A DNA stretch of 64,000 bases. Origin: the human T2T-CHM13v2.0 reference genome, Homo sapiens. The notes under the pieces are model-generated. The model saw only the letters and a list, made by a program, of their open reading frames with translations, was not told the origin of the DNA and made no database searches. Within the stretch, counting starts at the first letter, position 1. Each line of letters opens with the position of its first letter. The position numbers and the translations under genes were made by a program. Location of the stretch: the NCBI RefSeq assembly GCF_009914755.1, contig NC_060927.1. One strand, 5' to 3'. This document shows positions 29,621-45,350 of the stretch, in pieces.

Positions 29621-31036
29621 GATACCTTCAAGAGTGGGAATTATGAATAAACAAAACCAATCAATAGCCATGGAGTGGGCTGTCCTGGGCAGACTGGGAC
29701 ACAGGGCCACCTATGCACAGCTGAAGTTGAAATAACAAAAATGAACGAACTCATTATATTACAACTTGCACCAAAATTTTGGAGGCAAGGACAAAACAGA
29801 CTATCAAAGAAAAACAAAATCTTAAAGCAGGAGTATCAGCCTGGACCCCAAGGTGAACTTCTTGAAGTTCATGAAATCCCTAAAACTGGATGTGACATTC
29901 TGTGTTCATGTGCGTTTTTCTGGGAGGAGGGGTCACTGTTTCTATCATATTTGTAATGGTGCATGTAATCAGAAAGGCTTAAGAACTATTTCTAAAATAT
30001 TTCTGTTTTATTATTTCTTATCGAGACTTATTTTTAGGGTTTTGGGATTCTCAAAAGTCATGTGATAACAGTAACATCTTAAAGATATCAAAATTTCAAT
30101 GCTTTGTATCAATTTAAAATGCTAGGGGTGCCAATTCTAGACTATGTTAACTCTAGACATTAAAAAAAAAAGTTTGCTTCCCTCTCCTAAATTATCCTCC
30201 TTACTAATCAGTGCATAGGGCTATTTCTTAAGGGTCAGTACTTCAAAACCATTCCATTTCACTATCAACAACATAAAATTGTAGTTTCCTTTACAGGTTT
30301 CCTCTTGCCAATTTCTTCTTTAGTGAATAACGTGGAAATGATATGAGCTACTAAGATTATATGCGGCATTAATGCAAAGCAAAATGCTGCCTAAAGCATG
30401 TTTTATATAACTGCAAATAAAAATGCTAAAAAAACACCTGCTGAATCTTGTATTTTAACCTCCTCCACTTAAAGCAAGAATCCACATGATCACCCTGAGC
30501 TTCCAAGTGGACTAAAGGGCCGGCCTTCTAAGTGGGTTTCACTTTCCCTGCAGTGAAATGGCCTTCTGAGTAAGGGGCTCACACATGACATCACCTTGGA
30601 AGGAAGGGCATGGGCAGGAAGGAAAACTATCAGATGACTGGCTTCAGGTTCAAATTCTTTATAGAGGGCCTGAAGCTGGTGAGCTTTCCACTGTAAGCAA
30701 CACACAAAGTTTACTTTCTTTCCTAACTTTAATGCTGCCAGAATACACATGTACTCTTACTTTCTTAGGAGAAAATGTGTCATTTGATTTCCTTCCAGTT
30801 TATGTACTCGTGCCAACAACTAAAATGCTTAAAGAACCAAGATGAATTACTACCCAGAAACGGTGGTCAAAGTTCCAAAATTTGATCAATAAAATTGCTC
30901 ATCGACTCACAAATTAATCTTCAGCCAGTAAAGTTACGCATTTTCGAGGTTATGAGTACACCTGCACTGTTAAGCATTTATTTCACTTGTTTAAGCAATC
31001 TTCAGAAGTATATAAATATTTATAGAAGAAAGCCTA

Positions 31037-31343
<307 letters not shown>

Positions 31344-33840
31344 TCATCTGTAATTTTCGTTTTGCAGCAAAATCTTGTTAATTTGTTTACAACTCATAAG
31401 CCTCCTGAAGGCAGGGTGTGTATCTTCAACAGTTCTGTATCCCATGAACACCAGCACCATGACCAGCCTGCTTTGGAAATGTTCACCAACTTGCACTTAA
31501 TTAATTCAGATCATTCTGATTCTGAATTTATGATGGGGCCAATTTTCAATTTTCATTTGTATCATTCATAAAAAAATTTGCGAAGCAAATGAACAGACTA
31601 AGTAAAAAGATAATTTTGGTTACTAAGTAGAATATTTCTCAAGAACTTCAGAAGCAATATCTATACCCGATTAATGCCTTCATTAATAAACCACATCACC
31701 CAAGAATGTGACCAGCTCAGATTTGGTTCAGTATGTGGATCTGCAAAGAGTGCCACTTCTCTCTTATTTACTCTCATCTCCCTGAAATTAGACCAAATTG
31801 GTGATGTTTGACTATATTTTATGATCTCTATCGAGTAACCACTTATAGCCTCCTCTAACTTTCCATTTTCTTTTGTTTGTATCATCAGCCTGTGAAACCA
31901 GAGAGCGCTGCCAAACATAAAGCAGGGAAGTGTGAGATATGCTTAAAATATGAGTCACAGTATATTTGGGGATTTGGGGGTTTTTTTTTTTTCCCTCAAG
32001 CTATCAGCAGATCAAATCCTTCTTCCCTGTCAAGCCTTCCTCTATGCAGAAGATCTGAAATTTGCTAAAATCGGTCTCTCAGTGTAGTTATGAAGGGTGA
32101 GAAGATCAGAGATGAGCACTGTTAAGATTTGCTGTAGGATTTCCCTTTCATTTCAGAGCCACTCCGGCGGAGACGCCTCAGCAAGGATGCAGTATGGCAA
32201 GATATATTTAAATATGAAGGTTATTCCTTCTGTGAATCACCAGTCTATATGCATATTTTTATAATGAGGTAATATACCATGTGACCTAGGATAGTAATTT
32301 CTCCTCTGTTTGTGGAAGGCCAGCCAACCTAATAAAGCTTACTGAATGTGCATGACCCTATCAGGCAGCTGAGGGGTCCTTCAGCAATCGTCTGTGATAC
32401 ACACACACACACACCAGTCCACCAACCTTTTAGATTTATTTCCCCCGGCCAAATCTTAAAGCTGGTCTAAATTCTCTGCTTGTCAATTCCTCTACTTGGG
32501 GGGTAGGGGAAAAACTCAAGACATCTTCTTTACCAAAACCAGCGTTCAAGATTACCCCTTCTCCCCCTACTTTTTATACAGACTGAAGTGCTCAGCAGAA
32601 TGTGTGAGGTTGGTTTTGACACTGTCCTTGCCAAGAAAAACGGAGCCCTCTATATCATCCACTTCTGCATGGTGGCTAAAAACCCTGTAACAGGCAAGAA
32701 GAAAAAGAGCCCTCAAAAGGAAATCCCCTGAAACTTTACTTCTTATATTTAGCCCTCAAGGAACTTCGTTCATCTTGGAAAAGAAGTTACCTAAAAATGC
32801 CATATGTTTTTAAAAAGCAAGTATGAGGGAAAATAATTCTACCATAAAAAAAATCACAAATGATATTCAATACTGAAGAGCAGTGTGATCAGACAGATTG
32901 TGTATGTGTGTGTTTTTTTATTATCTCTAACCAAAGCTCTACTATGTGTAAGATTTCCCCCCCAATAATATATTTTCATTTTCCCAATGCACTTGAGGCC
33001 TGATGAATTCAAGAGGACTCGGGGTATTTTTAAGGCTGTAAGAGCTCCAAGAGGGAGGCAAAAAGAATGGACCATCATTTGAATCACTGAGTGACAGGCT
33101 GGGCTAGCTCCCTGTATACATTAATAAATTAGAATTTTAATTGTGTCTCTGTCCACAGGAGATGCCCCAGTACTTTAATATGTACCAACAATTGGCTATG
33201 TTATGGAATCTGCAATGTGGCCTCCGCTGCTGACCTCTGAAACACAATTCCCAGTCTGACTACGGAAACTGTTCAGTTTGATCCTTTCAACTTATTTGAA
33301 TCCTGACAAATAAGCTCACAGCTGAAAGGTCAACATAGTCGTATTTCATCCTCCAGAGCTGTTCTTAAGACATCTGCACAACAAAGCACTTCTTATAGCA
33401 CCTGACATGGGCCCTCAATGGCACTGTACCTCATTAAAAATGTCCCCTGCATGCGCACGCATTCCAAGGCACATGGTCTGGTGATGGTTTACCAAATAAG
33501 TGTTTACAGAAGGGTTAGTAAACAAGGCAGATTGTCAACTTTTCCAATAAAGCGTCACTATAGTGCTGAACTCTCTCTGGAAAGTGACAGTTTCCCAAGT
33601 ACATGTAGAAGAACTAGAACTTGTTGGTCAAGGTCAGTTTGATCTTTGGGGATAATCTGGGAACAGGCTGTGGTTCACCCTGACCTGTGAAAAGTAAACA
33701 CAAGCTAGAATTTAGGTTGACCTCATTATCCAATTAATTGGCACCAAGTTATATACCTATCAGCTACCGCTTATAGATTCTGTCCCCTCCTGTGACAAGG
33801 ATGCCCACCTTCAGCTATGAAAGTAGTCTGAACCACTTAG

Positions 33841-34252
<412 letters not shown>

Positions 34253-34489
34253 CCAAATTAGATTTTTATAAACTTACTCATTCTTCTACTCCATTAAGCC
34301 CTTGCCTTCAATGTGCCTGAAATCAGAAGTTGCTAGAACAACCATTTTTGTATCTTTACATAAAAATTTCTTGCCATTTAAAAATTATTGACCTAGAAAC
34401 ATTCTGAACATATCCACTGAAGAATTGGGTATATATTATAATCATTACAAGCCATAATGTTAAAAGTACCACATCCTCCTCAGGCCGAG

Positions 34490-34720
34490 TCATAGTTCTT
34501 GATGCTATTGACATTCTGGGATGAATCACGGTGTGTCGTGTCCTGTGCATTGCAGGATGTTTGGCAACATCCCTGGCCTGTACTTACTGGATGCCAGCAA
34601 CACCTCTGCCCTGCTAGTTGTGGCAACGAAAAACGTCTCTAGACATTGCCCATTGTCTCCTGGTGGTGGGTGGGGGGGTGGGGGGGTCGCCAAAATCTTC
34701 CCAATTGAGGATGACTACAC
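34490..34720. mobile_element. MER20 hAT-Charlie element
   Basis: ctattgacatt.tggg...gtcctgtgcattgcaggatgttt.gca.catccctggcct...gatgccag...aaaa.gtctc.agacattgcc. Confidence 0.88.
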
Positions 34721-35044
34721 TAAAGTAAGGTGTGTGTCTGTGTGTGTTTATGCCATTTCTAGACCCAACATAAGAGAATGTGGTGACAATTCTGAGTACT
34801 ATGAACTTTTCTCATTGGTAACCTACACTGCCTATTAGCAACTCAACACTTACAACTCCTTATCCTTCTATTATATTCACTAATCAGCAGATCTTACTCC
34901 TGACAATAAAACTTTTGGTCAAATACACATTTTCCCCAAAATGTTACAACTTGCTGGTAAACCAAAAATGCACTTTCCACAGAAGATTTTCTTACATGAT
35001 TTGCAATGCTCAACACAATCCACTCCTGAACTGCTTGTCACTTA

Positions 35045-35221
<177 letters not shown>

Positions 35222-35998
35222 TTACTACACAGGTTCAGGGGACTCTTCATAAAAAAGGATTCCAGGAAGTGCGCTTTGGGACTGGGTCCTGACTTTCCTA
35301 TTTCCTGGCAAATGAAACAGCAAATGAAACTTCCCACCAGTCTTAGTTGGAAAACTTTCCAGAATTTGTTTACGTTCCCTTTGACTCGGCCAGTTTCATC
35401 CACAGTTCCACAGGCATCTAAGCAGACATTTTATTCCTACTAAAGATCTGACATGAAATTTAAGACCATGAGTGATTGAGACTCTGAACAAAGATGACAG
35501 AGAGACCAGGAGGGACCCAAGCAAAGACGAAAACTTGGGAGACACTACAGGGCCCTTTTCAGGGTCACCTTCACCCTCCCCAAATTCTTCTTGGGGAAAT
35601 GTAGCGACTCAAGTTGAAAGTAATACTTTCACCCCATCTGAGTCCAAATAAAGAAAAAGAACTAAGTGGTGGACCACAAAAAAAAATATACTATGGATTA
35701 GGCTACGTAGAAAGGAAGATTAAACAGATGAGACATACCTAGGATGACCTTGATAGAAATCAGAGAGGAAAATTTGGCAAATCTGATCTCTAGTCATCTT
35801 AAAGAGGCACATTATGTATCTGTGAACAAAACTGGTTACGTTTATTATAAATGACCCTTTCAAGCTTACAATATGGGATGGTTTCTCCTTAAAGGTAGAC
35901 ATTGGGGAGGTAGTATGAATTGGAGATAAAGCAGGAAGAAAACAGAAGAGTCCTCTAAAATGTTTAACATATGACTGACAAATCTTTTTAAAAGTTCA

Positions 35999-36358
<360 letters not shown>

Positions 36359-37826
36359 TCATCAATAAACCGCCATGAAGACATTCACTGCCAAAGAATT
36401 AAGAACAGGAATACTGGCTAGCCACACACCTTTCCAAAGATGGCAGTAGGACCAGCAACAGAAAACTGAAGTTTGAGGATATCATGCTAGAAAGTCATAT
36501 GAAAAGTTGGGTTACTTGAGTCAATGCAGCTGAGAACCAAGAATGTACACATGGCAGAGATGTCAAGAATGCTCATTAAACGATGTGCTTAGAGTTTAGA
36601 CACAAAATGAGACTTCTTATTATATCAATAATAATTTCTATATGGTAACCAAATTATTTGCGCATCAAAGAAGAGGCACACATAGATGTCATCAATACAT
36701 CAAAAGGACCTGAAGCTATAGCCTTAGAAAGTTAGCATAATGGACTTATGATGGTAGTGTGTTCCTTAAAAAGGAACAGGTGCTTCATTTACATAAGAAA
36801 ACAACATGGATATTTACAAGAAAAGTTACAGGGACAATAGTGGAATGGAAGAGAGGTAAGGGGGCCTGCGTGTCCCTGTGCATGGAACTCAGAAGAAAGA
36901 GAGAACAGAGTGGTCTAGAGGATTAATGTTCATGAGCAGACACGTAAAAACGTGGAGTGTGCAAGAGCAGTGCTTCTCCTAAAAGGACACGCTCACTGAA
37001 CTGTGCTCATAACTAGAGTTGTAACAAATAATACTTTTAAGACACTGCGTAAGGTTGAGTGGCGCCTTTGTGTTTAAGAGGTGCAAAGGAAAGCTAAGAA
37101 ACACAAGCACCGATAGATGAGTGACAAAGAAAAGACCATGGGAAAGTGGAACCCTGCTATCCCACCTGCCTACTGCATCCACCCCCGTGTCCCAGGGAGG
37201 CCTTCTGCCTACTGAACTCACCACGACCAGCCCTTCAGATGTAATGCACAGGCTAGTTCATCTGTGAAGGGAGAGACAGATTCGACAAGGCCTGCCTGGA
37301 AGAGCCTCGAGAAAAGGGGCTGTCTGAGTGGGGCATCTGGAAGCCAAGACGCCTGGGAGAGTTGCCTGAGACTCTAGCCTGCTGTCTCAGGGAGGATTCA
37401 CCATCACTGGACTCCGGGTTTCCTTGTCTCCTTGGAGACGCTCAGTACATGCGTAGGTGTAAAAGTGGGCAGAGTGAAGATTTCATTTATATCATATAAG
37501 AAAAATAGTCCCCTTTGCAAGGTGCCTGCAGGAGCAAAAGCCTCTTCTCCTACTATATATGTTCCCTTAGCTATTGCACATGAAGGTTTTATGGCTTTTT
37601 AATGTAGAAAGGGAACTGTTATATATTTTAAGTGCTATCATCAGAGTTCTCAGAGTAATAGACTGATCAGCAAAGAAGGGTTTGGTTGCTAGTTGGAAAG
37701 GCAGAGAGAGGGACTATAGATGACAGTGCAGAGAAAAATATGGTGGGGAAGAGGAGAAAGGTTACACACATTTAAGGCTAAAATAAAGCAAGCAAAGAAA
37801 AACAAAGTAATGAAGACTCTATATAA

Positions 37827-38200
<374 letters not shown>

Positions 38201-38238
38201 CTCAATTTTTAAATAGTCAAGTCTCAGAGCAGCTATAG

Positions 38239-38599
<361 letters not shown>

Positions 38600-39653
38600 A
38601 TCACAAAACTATTCTTACATGAGCATGGTCTCATAAATGTACATAAGGAAAGGAAAGTATAGAACTTAAGTTTTCAACAAATGCTTACTGAGCTGGCTCT
38701 ACAGAATGATCACACATTTCAAAATTAGCTACTGGGATCCTCAGATTTATTCTTCTGGTTTGAAGGGGGTAAAAAAGTCATGTATAAGTTTTTTTTTCAG
38801 ACCCAACATAGGGTACATGAACTTAAATAATCATACTGTAAACCCCAGCCTCTTCATACCATCTCATACAGAGGCCCACTAAAGATGATAATCCAAGATA
38901 CAAGCACGGGGGGAAAAGGTTTGCAAACTTGTATGAACCCAAGGGAAACTGCAGCCGACCTACTGAACAGAGAACACCACGAGATAAAGATGTGCAAACT
39001 GACTTCCAAATTTCAGCCCCCAAATGAATAAACACAGGTAAAATAACTTTAAATATTTGGGATGGAGAGACAACACTAGTGCAGAGAATAATTCATTTTG
39101 ATGTGAATTGCTATGAATTATCCCACAATAATTCCCCAGCTTTATCATGAGTATGTTAACAGAGTAGGAACAAATTATTATCCATATCCTCCCCAAATTA
39201 AAATCCATTTAAAAATTGCCTTAGGTCTCAGCAGGAGTTTTAAAACCTAACTGAACAGAATTTATAACATGCTTTGAAATCAACCACTAAAAGGTGTTTT
39301 CTTTTCTAATTTCCATGATCTATAAATCACTGTGGTCTAGATTTTAAATTGTCACATGCAAGGAGAGGCAATAAATCCTTAGTGTATAACACTATGTATC
39401 TGGGCATTATAATACAAATCTCCACCATCTATGATTTGTAAAAAGTAAAAAACATGCTTATTATAATGTTCAGTGTTGATCAGTGGAAAATGTGGAATGA
39501 CTGATGGGATCCCCTTTGGAATCTGTGTCAGAGACCTATGTTCACCATGTTTCCTGCAGATGATGACTTGATAGCCATTTTTACCTGTTATGTGATCAGA
39601 ACAGATTATGTCCTTCATCTCCAACTCCAATGCCTAATCCCCAGAGATAAATC

Positions 39654-39950
39654 TTTTTTTTTTTTCTTTGAGACAAGGTCTCACTATGTTACCTGGGCTG
39701 AAGTGCAATAGCACAATCACGGCTCACTGTAGCCTTGACCTCCTGGGCTCAAGCAATCCTCCCACCTCAGCCTCCTGAATAGCTGGGACTACAGGCATGA
39801 GCCACCACATCCAACTAATTTTTCCATTTTTGTAGAGACGGGGTCTCATTGTGTTGCCCCAGCTGGTTTCAAATTCCTGGGCTCAAGCAATCCTCCCACT
39901 TTGGCCTCTCAAAGGGTTGGGATTACAAGTGTGAGCCACTGTGGCAGGCC
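39654..39950 (-). mobile_element. AluJ-like
   Basis: ctcctgggctcaagcaatcctcccac in both arms. Confidence 0.93.
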
Positions 39951-41194
39951 AGATATTATTCCAATACAACTGAGGAGTGAGAATGGACTTTTCTTATTTT
40001 TATAACAATATCTCAACCACAATTAGAGAAAAGTCCCTTAGGATACATTGTTTGAAGATAAAATTAGATTCTCTGGATACAGAATGCGTGTGAATATGTG
40101 TTTGTGTGTATGGGAGAGGGAGAGAGAAGGGTGAAAAAGGAAGAAGGAGAGGGCAAGCAGCAGAAAGAGAGAGACAGAAAGGATATGAATAAATGAAAGA
40201 ATTTCTCTTTTAAGAAGCAAGGATCAACTCTGACTCAAGTTCCAGATCAATTGCTAATGTAAATAACTTAAAAGGTCCAATCCCATCTCTGGAGACCTTT
40301 TACTCTTGGGTGGTTCCTGGGTGGGTTGAGTCAACACTTCCTTTATAACAGATGTGACAATTGCCTGGCACTGGATAACCTGGTGCTGTATTTTCATGCT
40401 AGGCTCGGGTTACAGTAAAGACACAGTTTGAGGATGTCACAGAGTGGAGGTGAATGATAAAACCAGGCACTTAGAGCCCAGTTGCACACATTCACATTTA
40501 TTTTCCTTCAAGCTAAAATAAGTGGCTCTCTGAGCTAAAAGAAGAAGTGGGTGGGTCAGGGGGAGTGGTGGCAGGCACGCATCACTTTCATCTCTTCTGT
40601 GGATTGACTAGTCTCCCATCTATGCCCGGATCTGCACAAGGAGTTGGAACTGCCCGATGGCTGGCATGTCATGGTCCACGGCCAGCTCTCAGCACTCAGA
40701 GCCAGTGAGATGGCCCTCTCGCTGCTGGCTCGGTAGGTCCTGTTTTCATACTAACTTGGAACCTGGACATTTTTGACACACCTTCCATTCTATTGGTCCA
40801 AGATTACTTCATTCTCATCAGTGCCTTCATATTCTTAGTAAATAAGTGCCATCTGTTATTTACAAATTATGTTTTACATAAGCGTGTTTACAACTTCTGA
40901 GCTATTTACATTCTAAGATCATAGCAGGTGCTTATAGGGGCTAGGTAATTCTATGTTTAGCATGTTTATCAAGGTAGCCGATGTTCAAAAACATGTCTAC
41001 CATATTTTAAGAAACATCAACAAGTTTATATAAAATATGGTTTGAACAGGCATGCACACATACATAAAGCAAGCTGGTAGAAGGAGAAAATCTTTCTAAA
41101 ATGTTTTGCATAACACACTTGGTGACGGGGTCTGAGATAACCAACTGACACATGGAGGTCTTCAAAAAATATGACTAACTGGAAAGTTTCTAGT

Positions 41195-41545
41195 CACGGG
41201 TCAGCAAACTATAGCCCGTGGACCAAATTCGGTCTATCACCTGTGTTGTATCATCTGTCATATATCAGCTCATGATATAAGAATGGTTTTTGCTTACTTA
41301 AATGGTTGAGAAAAAAATAAAATAAGATTATATTATGACATGTGAAACTTATATGGTATTCAAATTTTGGTATTTACCAATAAAATTTTATTTGAATACA
41401 GTTAAGCTCATTCCCTTATATATAATCTATGGCTACTTTTGTGCTACAAACGGAGTCAAGGACTTTTGACAGAGACCACATGGCCCTTCAGACCTAAAAT
41501 ATTTCTTATCTGGCTCTTTACTAGAAAAGTCTGTCAATCCCCATC
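41195..41545. mobile_element. MER58B-like element
   Basis: gggtcagcaaactatagcccgtggaccaaatt...cctaaaatatttcttatctggctctttac. Confidence 0.82.
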
Positions 41546-44500
41546 TTAGGTTGCTATCTGTAGTCTGAGATCCCCAAAGATTTCACTGGATAGAATCCTA
41601 TATAAACACATCTTCCAATCAGTTCCCCAAAATAATTTTAGAGTTTGGCCAAGGAGCAAGAACATTATTAATTAGCTGTTCTTTAAGCTCAAATTCAATG
41701 TTGATGTTCTGAAAAGGAAATACATCCATGTGCTTCTTGATCTGAAACTGTTTAAAACTTGCCTCAAACTTTGAAGATGTGTTTCTGCTGGTAGGTAATT
41801 GATAGCAGTTCAGATCAGTATGAGATCCTGAGCACCCACAGAATGAAGACAGCATGTGCCTTATTGGTGGCCAGTCGAGAGTTGGTTATTTCCTGTCTGC
41901 CCTGAGAAGTTGTCCCATTTCCAGCTTGAAAGGCTGGTCTGAGTCAGCCATCCTTCTTCTAATTTCTTTTCCTAGACTCTCTCCACCCCTCAAGATCAAA
42001 CCTGTTTTTCAGATAATTTCATGGACTAATCAACAGTCACTGTGGATATAGGGGTGGGAGGAAAAGCTTGTAAAAAAAAAGAAAAGCAGCATAGGAACAT
42101 TAGTAGGAAAGGAGTCGTGTTCTCTCCTCTGTTTCTCATCCTCTACATACTCTTTGACTCCCTGTAGAGAGCCTGGTTCCCCTAAACTAGTTTGCTATCT
42201 TTGTTCAACCCCAGCAACCAAAGCAGTGATCATTTAACACAACCTGACAATCACTCTGTAGCAAGACCGAGGACTGAGTATGCAAGGAAACTTCATCACC
42301 TTCTTCCTTTAGACAGAGCAATCACTCCAGTGCAGGAAGGAATTAAGGGTTGTGACTGACTTAAAAAAAAGAAAAAGAAAGAAATGACAGTCACTTGTAG
42401 AACTGGAAGTATTCATACAGAGTCAATAGTATTCCAAAGCAACAGGTTCTTCAAACAATTTTTTAAAATTTTATTTTACAAATAGAACATTTGGTTGTAA
42501 CAAGACAATGGAAAAGTAAGTTAATCTCATGGAAGGATTCTGGTGATTGTGAAAATATTAGATGTTCAAAGAAAGATTCCAATACTAATGACTGTGTAAA
42601 TATTAGATACACAAGAGAAGAAAGAAAGCACTGCAGTAAATCATTGAGTCAGGTTATTGGTGTCATAAATAGAAAACAAAACACATTCTCCAACAAAACT
42701 TACAGGGGGTAATGACCATTCACAGACAGCCTTTAACAGTTTCTTTGTACCAGTCACTGTTTGGTCTACTCTATGATACTGCAAATAAGGGTGTGGACTC
42801 TGAACATTCATTGGTAGTAAATTCACTTGACTCAACCCCAAAAGCAGGTGCAGTAGACAGCCAAGTCTTACATCAACTGGGATATACTGAATTTGAATCA
42901 GTGGCTGAGAAGGGAAAGGCTCTATGTAGCATCATCCATCCTCAAGAGTTCCAACAGCTGGACAAATTGTCCTATGCTTACAGAGCATTTAATAACAGCT
43001 GATATTTAGGTAGGACATTTTGCATGGATTTTAAAAAGTGTTCCAGTCTTTGCAAATAAGTTTATGAGACAATGTCAAGATAGGCATGGAGAAAAATCAG
43101 AGCAGAGATAACTCCACACCTACAGCATTCCAACATTATGTGTTTGAGTCAAAGTGGAAAGGGACAAGAAATAGAAAAGTCACTCTTCTCTTTGGTCATC
43201 ATTGTCCTAACTGCAGAGGAGTTACAGTCATGGGTCATGGGCAGTGTCATCTCTGCGTGGGGACGGTGGGGAAGAGGTAAAGGCCAGGCCAAAGCACTCC
43301 CTCCAGTACTTGGACCACTTTATCACCCCACACCAGCCTGAACCCCTCTTCTAGATCTACTTCCAATGTTAGGTTTCACATATACTTACAGACATGATTT
43401 TATATTCTTTAAGCTACACGTAGGGTGGTTATCATTGCTATGATGCCGATTATGTATATTCCTTGCTTTTCTTTTACTTTAATGTTTAACAAATACCGCA
43501 AAGGTAGGTTTGGGAGTTGTGCTTTTTGTTTCTTTTAAAGTCAGCAACTTGAGTATATTTTCTTGGGGAGGAAAAGATGGCAAAAAATTATATTTTTTCT
43601 TTCTTTCTTTTTTTTTTTTTACAAGAACTGGGACTAAAGAGAAAAAATTACGCAAATGTTTTCCTGCACCACGTCATGATTTGCCTGCATTAGCGTTGTG
43701 AGCTCAAATGCCATCCTGCGCACCAACTACAGGAGACATGGACAGAGAGAGATGCCGAAGGCTCTAGATAGGAGGTGGCATTCTGCTACAAACCCCACCG
43801 CCAATCAAGCCCAGGAAGGGGTCAGCAAACCCTGTATCCGCTTGCAATTATGAGTAACCTTTTTTACTTGAAAGGCACGTACAGGATACTTCCCAGCCAG
43901 CAAGGTAAAGGATAGGATTTTCATGACACCAGAAAAAAAAAAGGAGGGGGGGATATCTATGGTCCTCTTGCAAAATTAGATGTAGTAAGTTTAATGACTA
44001 CAAACAGTCAGGAAGTCTGCTTTAAGTCTTTGGGAAGAGCTAAAAAAAAAACCCACCATCATACTCCTCCCATTAACATAGGGCCCTATAACCACCTTGC
44101 TGAGGCACTGGCTGGTTGCCCCTCTTGGAGCCAGTGCCAGACGCTGAATCACTACACCAAGTCTCCGGCACCTGAGTTGTCTTTGGAGGGATTCCATTCA
44201 AGCAGTGCCCAAGCCTGAGCCTGTTTAGCTCACGAGAGCTGACAAGATCACAGCCTAGGATGCTATGACTGTAGGCCACATTAGCATTGCAGTGAAGTAA
44301 AACAGAAGTGAAGTTTATTAGAAAATGTCTAAAATGTTAAGTTGGATGCTGCATCAAACTCTTTTTTGCCTCTGTTTAAGACTAGATTGTGTTTAAAAAT
44401 AAATAAGTTGGACCCATCCTCCAGGTTCCCAAAGTAGAAAAACTTGGGGTCAAATGCAAGGATAAATGAATCAAAAGGCTCTATTAACTCACTGTATTTA

Positions 44501-45139
44501 ACCCACTGTTTTTTGCAATTGCCTTTTATGAGGTGCAGCTCAGCAACTCTCATTATGAATAATTCAGATTCACATCTTTTCATACCTCAGAATGAGACTT
44601 GCTAATTTTGAAGCTTGTGGAAGAATCTAACTAGAATTATGCTCAAAATAATGGAGGATTTTCCATGATTTTCCTAGTAACACTGAACCCAGTTCTTTCT
44701 CAAACAAATATGGTACTGTATTCCTTTTTTTCTTATACTGTAAGTCACACATACTCGGGATGCCCTAAGAGGCAATTAACACCTATGAATGCTTTGCTTC
44801 ACAAAGTACCTTCCTTTTCTTGCCTGAATTTGGGCAAAGAAGCAAAGAGTAAAAATGATTTAGAGGCAACATTCCAGCAGAGATAGAAGACAAAAGAAAG
44901 AAACAGAAATGGGAATATAGGAAAGGGCCAAACAAGAATAATAATCCAAAATGCGGAACTACTCACTACTGGCCAAATATTAGGATGGGGGGGAATCCTA
45001 ATATTCTCCATTAATTTACACTCCTTAAAGCAAGTTATTTCGAATAGCTAAGATTGTATCTGTATAACAATTTAAGAAATGAGGCACATCTGGAAACATA
45101 GGGACAAGTGCAGCATAACTTCCCTACATTTAAGACACT

Positions 45140-45350
45140 AAATAAAAACACTGTATTGAATTGCTTACTATGAACCAGACACTGTGCTAGTTAAGGTGCT
45201 CTCTACACTAATCTCATTTCTTGTTCCCAACTTTTCTAAGGGAAGTTCGGGAAAGTTTTGTAAGTCTTGATTTAAAATGGGCAAACAGAGACAGATTGTC
45301 AAGTTCAGTGACTTGCCCAAGGTCACAAGTCTACAGAGTGGCTAGGATGG
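45140..45350. mobile_element. MIR
   Basis: tattgaattgcttactatg..ccagacactgtgcta...gtgacttgcccaaggtcaca. Confidence 0.75.

Noticed and set aside
33141-33160. Strong plus-strand splice acceptor (ttgtgtctctgtccacag)
   Set aside because: Antisense to FOXP1 with no matching donor or other transcript evidence.
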